From positions 1 through 29,588 of the forward strand of contig JBARSG010000365.1 in NCBI GenBank assembly GCA_049644625.1: 29,588 nucleotides of DNA. The letters are read 5' to 3'. The stretch is from Desulfobacterales bacterium. GTDB lineage: Bacteria > Desulfobacterota > Desulfobacteria > Desulfobacterales > UBA11574. Every line of letters starts with the position of its first letter. Position 1 is the stretch's first letter. The notes below the pieces were generated by a model. That model saw nothing but the letters and a program-made list of their open reading frames with translations, ran no database searches and was not told the origin of the DNA. This document shows, piece by piece, positions 9,714 through 18,538 of the stretch. The translations under genes and the position numbers were made by a program.

Positions 9714-10494
9714 TTTCTATCATGCTCTCCATGAGTTTAAGGTAATCTATCCCCGCCTTTCTGAATCCTTCTTTACCGAATTTCATATTGGCTTCAAGAA
9801 CATACAGATTTTTGTCATGCTCAATGATATCGATACCCACATCGTCCCATCGGCATCTCCGGGCGGTATCAAGGGCAAGATCAAGAGCATTTTTAGGCAC
9901 GGGATCTAGACTGATGCTTGCACCCACAGCAACATTGCTTCTAAATTCACCCGAAGGCGCAATGCGCCAGTAGGCATGAACCACCCGATCTCCTATAATA
10001 ACAACCCGTATATCGCGGTCGGACGGCAGGTATTCCTGAATATAGGCAACATTCGACAGTCTGATATAAGAATCAAGGTCTTTTTGACTCCGGATAAGGT
10101 AAACCCCCCTTCCCATGGCCGATCCCCGTGGAATTTTGGCGATAAAAGGAAATTTAAAATGATCGCAAATAGAGTTTTTCTGTCGTTTTCCATAAAACAC
10201 CCGAGTCCTGGGATGAGGTATTTCGAGAAGATTAAACAGGGCGGTCTGTTTGATCTTGTCCTGAACACATTTATAATTATGGTAACTGGGAAAGGTTTTT
10301 TTTCCCATGGCATCCAACAGTTCGGCATAAAAAGTGGTCGGATAGTATATCTTTTCGGCCTTTCGGATAAGATCCGCCTCCTTACGGCTGTAATCGGAAA
10401 AATTAGGCCGCACCCCCAAGGTGACAACATTTTTACAGTTTTTAAGCCGTGCTTCAAGGGCGACGACTTTTTTAACGGTTATCATAACGGTCAA
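9700..10494 (-). CDS. RimK-family ATP-grasp ligase
   Basis: DKIKQ, FPFIAKIPRGSAMGRGV, YIQEYL, DIRVVII, FRSNVAVG, GIDII, VLEAN. Confidence 0.82.
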   Translation of the reverse strand: MTVMITVKKVVALEARLKNCKNVVTLGVRPNFSDYSRKEADLIRKAEKIYYPTTFYAELLDAMGKKTFPSYHNYKCVQDKIKQTALFNLLEIPHPRTRVFYGKRQKNSICDHFKFPFIAKIPRGSAMGRGVYLIRSQKDLDSYIRLSNVAYIQEYLPSDRDIRVVIIGDRVVHAYWRIAPSGEFRSNVAVGASISLDPVPKNALDLALDTARRCRWDDVGIDIIEHDKNLYVLEANMKFGKEGFRKAGIDYLKLMESMIENGQI

Positions 10495-10957
10495 ACAGCC
10501 TCATAATGATATCACGGCTCCGTTGGGTATGACTTCCGGGCCAGTATATTCGCCGGCATTGCCCGCATATCTGAAAAATATCGCGGGTTTGCCAGATAAA
10601 GTCGGGCACATTCCCCCGCACAGAATCCTTGTCCAACCGTTGGATACGGGTATTGCACCGAATGCATCGTGAAAACGGACGCGTATCCGTATAAACAATG
10701 CCCAGCGTGTCAATCACCTCTCTGAGCTGTTCAAAGGGGTTGTTAGACCTTATAAAGATAAACTCTTGCGGCAATTTGCCGTCCCGGTCACGCTCTGTGC
10801 GGGTGAGCAGAATACGGTTTTTCCTCCCCGATTCCATGTTTTTTTTTGTTGAAAAGCCGGGCTCATAAGATGTATCAAAGCCAAGAATCCGCAGCCATTT
10901 TGCCAGTTTGCCCAGCGTCGGCTCCGCAGCGAAGCATATTTCACTCTTGCTGTTCAT
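10472..10957 (-). CDS. Mut7-C RNase domain protein (PIN-like with Zn ribbon)
   Basis: LGKLAKWLRILGFDT, ILLTR, SRCIRCN, CGQCRRIYWPGSH. Confidence 0.85.
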   Translation of the reverse strand: MNSKSEICFAAEPTLGKLAKWLRILGFDTSYEPGFSTKKNMESGRKNRILLTRTERDRDGKLPQEFIFIRSNNPFEQLREVIDTLGIVYTDTRPFSRCIRCNTRIQRLDKDSVRGNVPDFIWQTRDIFQICGQCRRIYWPGSHTQRSRDIIMRLFDRYDNR

Positions 10958-11130
10958 TTGTCATGGGTCATTTGTCAATTATCATTTGTCATTAGTTATT
11001 CGATATTCGATATTCGTTACTCCTCCCCGAACCTTGAACCCCGATCTAATAATCAATAATCAATTGTTAATTATTAATTGTTAACCATTGATTATTAACC
11101 ATTATTTATTCAACCCTGAACCTTGAACCC
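10954..11130. repeat. Intergenic region built of several heptamer tracts
   Basis: TCATTTG-type x6 then WTATTCG x3 (10954-11016), GAACCTT-type units, and AATAATC/AATTGTT/AACCATT units. Confidence 0.8.
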
Positions 11131-11143
11131 ATTAAAAGCTTTA

Positions 11144-12010
11144 TTACTCCGGCGGCGTCAACACAAACAGTGACGGTGAAACCGAAACACCGGCCCAGTA
11201 CCTGTCCACATCAAGTTGAAAACCGGAACCGTCGTCGGTTGAAATCACCAGACGAGAAGGGACCCTGTATCCCTCTATATCCTGCATTCTTTTAAATTCC
11301 GCGCGATACTTCAGATCGCCGGTTAAATAAAATATTTCCACCTTACGCACCTGTTTTCTGCTCGCATCAAGATATATTTTCTGACAAGTATTGCCCCATC
11401 CTTTTTTTAGAACCAGGATATATCCATCCTCATCTGCGCAAGGCTCCTCTTGGTTCGATAACGTAGTGCGGCAACTTGACGTACCACCGGACATGGGACC
11501 GGGAGGACCATTTCTTATAACAACTGCAGAATCATAATTATCAACAAAAACGCGGCCGGCCAGAAGATTAACAATATCGTCGGATGTTACGGGTATTGAG
11601 AAGAATCTTTTCATTGTGGAATCTCCGGAGTGCTGTTTATAAAATTTACCCCGTGTATGATTCACAAGATAGATCCACTGGCCGTCAGATGCAACGCTTA
11701 CCACAGGCTGTCCTGAAACGCTTCGGAGTGCAATACGAAGTCTGTCCGGTACCGATCCTGCCCAAGCGACCCGGGTGGTCAGATTTTTTTTTTCATTTTC
11801 CCAAAATGTTATCCTGCCGATACCTTTGAAGGTTTTAAGATGAAGATTTTGATTTTTCAGATAAGAAACAAGCTCCCCGGCTTCAGATAAGGTCTTTAGA
11901 TCACCGGGACCTCCGGGAACCACCGGAGCAATTGTGCTGCAGGCTGAGAAAAAAAAGACACCGATAAAAAGAGTTATTGCAAGGCGCCGGGTGTATGCTA
12001 AGTATTTCAT
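11144..12010 (-). CDS. LolB-like/DUF4292-type outer membrane lipoprotein
   Basis: Lipobox FSAC, beta-rich PDRLRI..SVSGQP..SVASDG pattern, YRVPSRLVI; follows a TPR lipoprotein gene. Confidence 0.6.
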   Translation of the reverse strand: MKYLAYTRRLAITLFIGVFFFSACSTIAPVVPGGPGDLKTLSEAGELVSYLKNQNLHLKTFKGIGRITFWENEKKNLTTRVAWAGSVPDRLRIALRSVSGQPVVSVASDGQWIYLVNHTRGKFYKQHSGDSTMKRFFSIPVTSDDIVNLLAGRVFVDNYDSAVVIRNGPPGPMSGGTSSCRTTLSNQEEPCADEDGYILVLKKGWGNTCQKIYLDASRKQVRKVEIFYLTGDLKYRAEFKRMQDIEGYRVPSRLVISTDDGSGFQLDVDRYWAGVSVSPSLFVLTPPE

Positions 12011-13746
12011 TTGCCGGATAATTCCCGTATCTTTTTCTCAAGGTCATCTCTGTCTTTTTCTTTTTTCAGCAACGAACGTCTGTAGAATTGAAGCGCTTTT
12101 TTCTTATTACTTATCTTAAGGTATGTATCTCCCAAATGCTCCAGGATAATCGGGTCGTCAGGCACCAGACTTACGGCCTTTTCCAGATACTTCAAGGCCT
12201 TGGTTAAGAGTCCTTTCTTAAAATATACCCACCCCAGGCTGTCTGTGATATAACCGTCATCAGGCTTTTGTTTTAAAGCCGCCTTGATAAGACTTTCGGC
12301 CTCATCCAGATTCTCCCCAAGCTCTGCATAGGTATAACCAAGATAATTCAGTGCATTGGCATCCTTTGCGTCAAGACGTATCACCGTCTTCATTTCTTCT
12401 ATGGAAGCTTTTTTCTTTCCCCACTTGTCATAAACAACACCTAATTGAAAACGGAGTTTGGTATTTTCAGAATCAATTTTGAGTCCCTGTTTAAGAACGT
12501 TTTCAGCTTTTTCGAATTCCCCCGTATCTTCATAAAATGAGCCCAGATAGAGTAACATCTCAGGGTCATCAGGCATTTTTTTAATAACGTCTTTTAAAAA
12601 ATCTATGGCTTCCTTAATTTTTTTTTGTTCCTGATATAAAAATGCAATATGAACCACGGCTTCCTTATAAAAGCTGGAATCCGTCGCCACCTTTTTAAGA
12701 TGCATAATGGCTTTGTCTCTATCTTTTTTCCCATCAAAGACAATTCCTGTAATATAATGAAGATCGGAACTGTCCGGTGCACCATTTAACATGCCTTCAA
12801 GGATGATGACTGCGGCATCATATTGCTTTGGGTTTAAATACCGCTTAACCACCTTTCTTATTACTTCCTGTTCCGCGATACTTCTTTCACCCAGATCTTT
12901 AAAAATTTTTTCTGCGGCCTCTGTCATTCCCTTTTCATGATAATAAGATCCGAGTTCCATGGCGGCTCTTATATTTTTGGAATCCTTTTTCAAAAGTTCC
13001 CGGTATAACTGAATAACTTTCTTTTCTTTGCCCAGAGTTTTGTAGAGGTTTATCAGCTCATAACGCGGTTCCTCGAGGTCGGGATTCATTTCTAAAGTTT
13101 TTTTAAATTCTTTTTCAGCTCCGGCAGTATTATTCTGCTCTGTGAATATTTTTGCTATAAAGAAATGCCCCACAAATGATTCGGGAAAGTTTTGAACAAG
13201 CTGATTATAGATCTTTAATGCCCGGTTCAGTTTCCCTTCCTGCATATACAGACCGCCTAAAAGCAAATATATATTTTCTTGCTTCGGATCCATGGCAATA
13301 ATTTTCTCATACACCGCTTGTGCGTCATCGAGCTGATTGAACTCCTGTTTAAGTCTTCCATACATGATAAGCGCTTTAAGGTTGTCGGGTTCTTTTTCTA
13401 GTATTTTTTCAAGAATACTCAAAGCGCTCCGGTTCTCTTTTATATGATGGTAAAGAATTGCAAGTTCCAATCGAAGATAGGTAGATTCAGGGTCTGTTTC
13501 AATGGCTTTGTTTAGATACGTGATGGCTTTATCGTAGTTGCCTTTTTTCCGTTGCAACTGTGCCTCTGTATAGTAGTAATAACGGCTCTCCGGCAGCAGT
13601 GAGTCGGACGCCGTCTCATCAAGGTTTTTATCTAATGACCGAGCTGCCCTTTTATAAGGAAAACAACCGGAAAAAACTAGAATGAGCATAACCACAAGGG
13701 TCAGTTTTATAACGCCGGTTTTCATTTTAAAAATATCCTGTTTCAA
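12007..13746 (-). CDS. Tetratricopeptide-repeat lipoprotein
   Basis: Lipobox FSGC, many TPRs, C-terminal ANALNYLGYTYAE...GYITDSLGWVYFK...ILEHLGD. The start may be a downstream Met. Confidence 0.88.
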   Translation of the reverse strand: MKQDIFKMKTGVIKLTLVVMLILVFSGCFPYKRAARSLDKNLDETASDSLLPESRYYYYTEAQLQRKKGNYDKAITYLNKAIETDPESTYLRLELAILYHHIKENRSALSILEKILEKEPDNLKALIMYGRLKQEFNQLDDAQAVYEKIIAMDPKQENIYLLLGGLYMQEGKLNRALKIYNQLVQNFPESFVGHFFIAKIFTEQNNTAGAEKEFKKTLEMNPDLEEPRYELINLYKTLGKEKKVIQLYRELLKKDSKNIRAAMELGSYYHEKGMTEAAEKIFKDLGERSIAEQEVIRKVVKRYLNPKQYDAAVIILEGMLNGAPDSSDLHYITGIVFDGKKDRDKAIMHLKKVATDSSFYKEAVVHIAFLYQEQKKIKEAIDFLKDVIKKMPDDPEMLLYLGSFYEDTGEFEKAENVLKQGLKIDSENTKLRFQLGVVYDKWGKKKASIEEMKTVIRLDAKDANALNYLGYTYAELGENLDEAESLIKAALKQKPDDGYITDSLGWVYFKKGLLTKALKYLEKAVSLVPDDPIILEHLGDTYLKISNKKKALQFYRRSLLKKEKDRDDLEKKIRELSGK

Positions 13747-14723
13747 TCAGATACGTTAACCCTGTCATAAAAATCGAAGTCGGGGATTTCGCGTTTAAAA
13801 AACTCTCTCAACTTCTTGATAATATTCTTTTCAACCTGGCGAACACGTTCTCTTGATATCTCGTAGCGGTCACCAATCTCCTGCAACGTAGCAGGAGCGT
13901 CTGAAAAAATACGCTGTTCAAAAATTTCAAGCTCTCTGGGCGTCATTGTTTTTTTAAACTCGGCGATCTTATTATGTAAAAGACTCTCAATCTCCTTTTT
14001 TGCCACCCGATCTTCCGTAGATTCGACTTCCGTGTTTAACAACTCAACTCTTTCCGTATCTGAATCATCCTTTATAGGAGCATCCAAAGAAACATCCCAG
14101 CCATCAAGCCTCTGGTCCATATCCACAATTTCACGTTCGGATACCCCCAGTCTTTGGGACAGAAGTTTTGGTTTGGGATCAAAACCCTGTTCAATCAGTT
14201 TCTGCTTCTCTTTTTTAAGCTTGAAAAAAAGTTTTCGTTGCCCCTGGGTGGTTCCTATTTTCACAAGACGCCAGTTGTCCATAATAAACTTTAAAATGTA
14301 AGCCTTTATCCAGAATGAGGCATAATATGAAAACTTGACATTCTTGTATGGATCAAATTTTTTAACCGCCTGCATGAGCCCAATATTCCCTTCCTGAATC
14401 AGGTCTAAAAGATTCTGCATCCATACTCGCTGAAATTGGAGAGCGATTTTTACCACAAGTCTGAGGTTGGCGGTCACCAGAATATACGCGGCCTCACTGT
14501 CACCATCTTCCATGACTCTTTTCCCAAGCTCTATTTCCTGTTCTCTGGTGAGAAGCTTGTGCTTGCTTATTTCTGAAAGGTAGCGCTGAAGCGGGTCGAA
14601 CTTAACGATAGCGGTATCATCAGAATGATATTCCGGCTTTTCATCTTCGTTTTCATATTTGACAGTACTGTTTTGATCCTGTTTTGTTCTTCGATCTTTC
14701 TGTTTTTTATTAAATTTATTCAT
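13743..14723 (-). CDS. rpoH: RpoH (sigma-32) family RNA polymerase sigma factor
   Basis: LQRYLSEI, ANLRLVVKIA, DLIQEGNIGLMQAVKKFDP, RpoH box TTQGQRKLFFKL, and region 4 TLQEIGDRYEISRERVRQVE. Confidence 0.88.
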   Translation of the reverse strand: MNKFNKKQKDRRTKQDQNSTVKYENEDEKPEYHSDDTAIVKFDPLQRYLSEISKHKLLTREQEIELGKRVMEDGDSEAAYILVTANLRLVVKIALQFQRVWMQNLLDLIQEGNIGLMQAVKKFDPYKNVKFSYYASFWIKAYILKFIMDNWRLVKIGTTQGQRKLFFKLKKEKQKLIEQGFDPKPKLLSQRLGVSEREIVDMDQRLDGWDVSLDAPIKDDSDTERVELLNTEVESTEDRVAKKEIESLLHNKIAEFKKTMTPRELEIFEQRIFSDAPATLQEIGDRYEISRERVRQVEKNIIKKLREFFKREIPDFDFYDRVNVSD

Positions 14724-14729
14724 GCGAAT

Positions 14730-14893
14730 ATTTGACAGTCTCGTAAAAAGTCAGTAAAGCAACTTTTTACGAACGTTTTACGTTTTAGGTGTTTAGTTTT
14801 AAGTGTTTGTTAAAACATATATTACAATCACCTAAAACCTAAGTATTAAAACCCAAAACGCAATGAATTCGAGTTGTTACGAATTCATCACTA
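14730..14893. repeat. Degenerate inverted-repeat (MITE-like) element
   Basis: TCGTAAAAAGT-CAGTAAAGCA-ACTTTTTACGA hairpin, an imperfect GTTTTAG/CTAAAAC inverted array, and a TTACGAATTCATCA end. Confidence 0.5.
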
Positions 14894-14946
14894 TTTAATG
14901 GACTTACATACGAGCATATGGTATCTAAAGCTTTCATTTTCTCTTT

Positions 14947-15023
<77 letters not shown>

Positions 15024-15031
15024 GTATTTTC

Positions 15032-15068
15032 AAGGGGTTACGGCATTTCAGCCATAACCCCTTTTTTT
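15032..15068 (+). terminator. Intrinsic terminator of tRNA-Arg
   Basis: AAGGGGTTACGGC-ATTTCA-GCCATAACCCCTT followed by a T-run. Confidence 0.85.
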
Positions 15069-15102
15069 GGGCCAAAAATTGGTAACGTGCCGCACTTATC
15101 CT

Positions 15103-15312
15103 GAGACCATTGAAAAATGTCAATTTTTGTTTAAGTTCAAGCCTCCGGCCCGTGGGGCTTACGCCCCGGAGGGAAAGGCGACAATTTTAACCACCCCAGA
15201 GAAATAGGCTTCGCATTTCACGGAGCAGGCACGAATACATTGAGTATTTCGAGGATTAAAATTTGAGCCTGACGCAGAAATTGAGCAAAAAGGGACGTTT
15301 TGCAAAGGTCTC
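15103..15312. mobile_element. Non-autonomous MITE (210 bp) with 5-bp target duplication
   Basis: Terminal inverted repeats GAGACCATTGAAAAATGTC / GACGTTTTGCAAAGGTCTC (3 mismatches). ATCCT direct repeat at 15098-15102 and 15313-15317. No transposase. Confidence 0.85.
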
Positions 15313-15596
15313 ATCCTTTTAGGCGCCAATTTTTTACGAGTATAAACCATTTATATTAATAGGTCAAATAGTAAGCTCAATCATTGCAGGGTAAACGCAT
15401 TTGAACTTTAGAGAAATGGTAATAGTTTTTTTGCGAGCGACTTTGAGCCGTTTCTAAAAAAACAAATATGGATCAGGCCTTGAAAGCCTCGGGCTCCATA
15501 TGCTCCATAAAAATGTTTTTACTTGAAAAAATCTGAATATCAGATATTTTGAATTTAGTATCATATTATCTTCATAAAACAACGAGGCCGAATCAC

Positions 15597-16040
15597 ATGA
15601 GCAAAAAATATAAACTTTACATATTCATATTTGTTCTGATTTGTTGCAATCTTTTGCTCGCTTCACAGGTATTGCCGCAAAACAACCAAGATTCTCTTCT
15701 CACCCGGGATTCAAAAGAGCCGGTCCTGGATTATGCAGTAATGTGTGAAGAAATAAAAGACTTTACACCAAAAAACCAGGGCGTTGTTTTTTCCATTAAA
15801 ATCGGACAAGTCTCCTGTTTTACATCATTCGACCCGGTGCCCAAAGAAACTTTTATCTACCACAAATGGTTTCACAAAGATAAACCGAGCACGGAAAAAA
15901 GGCTGACGCTTCAGCCCCCCCGCTGGGCAACCTACAGCAGTATTCAGCTTCGAGAAACTGATAAAGGCCCCTGGCGAGTAGAAATCACCGATCAGAAAGA
16001 GAATATTCTTCATACGGTAAGATTCACTATCACGGATTGA
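15597..16040 (+). CDS. Exported DUF2914-like protein
   Basis: Signal peptide, then VSCFTSF, IYHKWFH, RWATYSSIQL and GPWRVEI. GAGG SD before ATG 15597. Confidence 0.7.
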   Translation: MSKKYKLYIFIFVLICCNLLLASQVLPQNNQDSLLTRDSKEPVLDYAVMCEEIKDFTPKNQGVVFSIKIGQVSCFTSFDPVPKETFIYHKWFHKDKPSTEKRLTLQPPRWATYSSIQLRETDKGPWRVEITDQKENILHTVRFTITD

Positions 16041-16156
16041 TCTAATTGGAATGGACTTAGGGGCTTCGCCCCAATTATTCCATGTGTGAGGCAAAAATTT
16101 AAGCCCAATAAAACTTTTATATTCTCAAAAAATTTTAGAAATTCCGAGACGTATTT

Positions 16157-17593
16157 ATGTCTTTTCTTGCACACTTTCGATGGCAGGATCTCATTGATAT
16201 CCTGTTAAACAGCTATATCCTGTTTCGCCTCTATGTCCTTTTCAGAGGGACCTATGTCTTCAGGGTGCTTACCGGCATTGCGCTTCTCTGGGTCTTTCAA
16301 CGGATAGCTGTTTTTTTCGGTCTAATTTTAACCAGCTGGGCCATGCAGGGGATTACCGCTGTCGCCGCCCTTATTATCATTATTATTTTCAGAAACGAAA
16401 TCCGTAATGTTCTTCAGGCAAAAAATCTAAGGGCCATTCTCTGGGGATTCCCGCAACAATCTGTTCAAACACCCATAGAAATCATCGTAGAGGGCGTCAA
16501 CGCATTGTCTAAACAACATAACGGGGCCTTGATTGTTTTTCCGGCAAAGGAAGATTTGCAGGATATACTGCAGAGCGGAATACCCTGGCGGGGACTGGTA
16601 TCCAAAGAAATGATCACAAGCATCTTCTGGCCTGACAATCCGGTCCACGACGGCGCCGCCATAATTCAGGGAAATCGGATTGCCGAGGTTGGGGTTATTC
16701 TTCCCTTGTCACACAGAAATGATCTGCCTTCACATTACGGTACGCGTCACCGGGCGGCGCTCGGATTGTCCGAGTCTACAGATGCATTGGTTATCGTGGT
16801 ATCCGAGGAAACCGGAAATATACTTGTTGCTAAAAATTCCAAAATCACGAAGATTAATGACAATGCAGAACTTGTAAAAGCATTGCAGAAACATATGGGT
16901 ATAGCCGAAGAAGAGCCGGCCAATCTGCGTAAAGAAAAACTTGAAATCAGCATAGCGGCTCTAATTTCTGTTTTATTTATAACAGGAATGTGGTTCAGTT
17001 TCTCAAAAGGACTGGATACGCTGATTGCCCTTGAAATCCCAGTGGAATACACGAAACATGATCCGGGAATTGAAATTGTAGACACCTCAGTCAATACCGT
17101 CCGACTTCAACTGGGCGGATCAGGGGCTCTGATAAAATCTGTTCGGCCGGACCAGGTTCAGGTGCGGCTTGATCTTGACAATGCTGTTATCGGCAGCAAT
17201 ATCTTTTCCATTACAAAGGAAAACATTTCCCTGCCGCCGGGGATCTTTTTAAGCAAGGTTGTGCCACCTGTTGTTGAAGTAACCATAGACAAAACCATTA
17301 CAAAGCAACTCCCTGTACAGGTTGACTGGGTTGGAAAATTACCGGAAAATATAATCCTTTCACAATTAAAGATTGATCCTGAAAAAATTGAGGTAATCGG
17401 CGGGAAGCGCATCCTGGAAAACATCTCAACCCTATACACGGAAAAGGTTCCCTTGGACAACATTAACAAAACAGGAACCACAACAGTTAGCCTGGCACTC
17501 AATCCTGCATCGCTGAAAATTACATCCGGGTCAAAGGGCAGGATAAAATTGACTTATGTGGTAACACCAAGAGGAAGAAGCGTAGTTCCTTAG
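16157..17593 (+). CDS. cdaA: Diadenylate cyclase (CdaA/DacA) fused to C-terminal YbbR (CdaR-like) domains
   Basis: Three N-terminal TM helices, DAC motifs VHDGA and GTRHRAA, VVSEETG, then one more TM helix and beta-rich YbbR-type repeats (IPVEY..VRLQLGG..VRLDL; LPVQV..DPEKIEVIG). Confidence 0.88.
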   Translation: MSFLAHFRWQDLIDILLNSYILFRLYVLFRGTYVFRVLTGIALLWVFQRIAVFFGLILTSWAMQGITAVAALIIIIIFRNEIRNVLQAKNLRAILWGFPQQSVQTPIEIIVEGVNALSKQHNGALIVFPAKEDLQDILQSGIPWRGLVSKEMITSIFWPDNPVHDGAAIIQGNRIAEVGVILPLSHRNDLPSHYGTRHRAALGLSESTDALVIVVSEETGNILVAKNSKITKINDNAELVKALQKHMGIAEEEPANLRKEKLEISIAALISVLFITGMWFSFSKGLDTLIALEIPVEYTKHDPGIEIVDTSVNTVRLQLGGSGALIKSVRPDQVQVRLDLDNAVIGSNIFSITKENISLPPGIFLSKVVPPVVEVTIDKTITKQLPVQVDWVGKLPENIILSQLKIDPEKIEVIGGKRILENISTLYTEKVPLDNINKTGTTTVSLALNPASLKITSGSKGRIKLTYVVTPRGRSVVP

Positions 17594-17880
17594 TTGTAAA
17601 TTTTGTGCTTTTTATGGCAAAAAATCAATACACAAGCACCAAATATCAATTAAATCCCAAATTCCAATAACCAAAACTGGTTATCCCGCCCAGAGGGTTC
17701 GGTCATTACCAAATGGCATTTACACTTAAGTAACAATTCTCTTATAAGCACAAAAAACAGATAAATTTTAAATTCCAACATTCAATGACCAAAGCCTGTT
17801 CAGAATTTTGAATTTCGGTCATTGTGATTTGTTTGTTATTTGTGATTTGTTATTTGTTTTTTCCGGTTTATCCGGGTTAG
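17594..17880. repeat. Composite intergenic repeat, copy 1
   Basis: Begins TTGTAAATTTTGTGCTTTTTATGGCAAAA and ends TTCCGGTTTATCCGGGTTAG; both motifs recur at 23658-23785. The interior has TGATTTG/TTATTTG heptamers. Confidence 0.75.
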
Positions 17881-17917
17881 GTAAGATATAGATTTAAGAC
17901 ATGCCTTTTACCACGGA

Positions 17918-18535
17918 CTAGTGGTCGCGTATGAAAAGAAATTCCATGAACCCGAGGCGGCAGATAAAGGACTTGGCCGGCTTTAAAGGAGTCATCATAG
18001 CCAAAATGTCTCTGCTCTGGCGGCCGCGAATCGGAAGATGCAGATGATGCTGAGACCTTAAACCAACCTTAAAGTCTTGCCCAATCACAAAGGAGTTTAC
18101 CCCTAACCTTGCCGCCTGCTCGCCCAAAACCAGGACAACCGCCATCCCCCCGGGTTTTAACATTGTATAACACAGCTTAACCAGCGCTCTAACCTCCCCA
18201 TCGTCTAAACGGTCGGCCAGTTCCCATATAAGGATTCCGTCAAAGCTTTCAGGAGGGTAGTCGAGTTCATGCCAGATTCGATCAACAGGATCACCTTTGC
18301 CAAGGCACCTCTCCAGACGGATGAACATGTCGCAGACATATAGCCTTTTCACCCGACCGGCGAAAAACCTGATGTTCTCCTGGCACACAGGTCCAAGGTC
18401 GAGCACCTGACCTGTACGATGGCCATCAAGACCTTCTATAAAAAGCTGCAGGACATTGCTGGTATAATCGACCGTTTTAAACCGATGACCTGAATCCTGC
18501 CGCGGCCGATCTGAAGAGGTGGCGAAAAAGGTCAA
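17918..18535 (-). CDS. Class I SAM-dependent methyltransferase-like protein
   Basis: Motif I-like VLDLGP, LYVCD, YPPESFDGILIWE and LKPGG. The glycine loop is atypical. Confidence 0.65.
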   Translation of the reverse strand: MTFFATSSDRPRQDSGHRFKTVDYTSNVLQLFIEGLDGHRTGQVLDLGPVCQENIRFFAGRVKRLYVCDMFIRLERCLGKGDPVDRIWHELDYPPESFDGILIWELADRLDDGEVRALVKLCYTMLKPGGMAVVLVLGEQAARLGVNSFVIGQDFKVGLRSQHHLHLPIRGRQSRDILAMMTPLKPAKSFICRLGFMEFLFIRDH

Positions 18536-18538
18536 TGA

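Noticed and set aside
15467..15545. Hairpin ATATGGA...TCCATAT and palindrome ATCTGA-ATA-TCAGAT upstream of DUF2914-cdaA
   Set aside because: No resemblance to the c-di-AMP (ydaO) or another riboswitch I recognise. The palindrome could be an operator but is too short to support.
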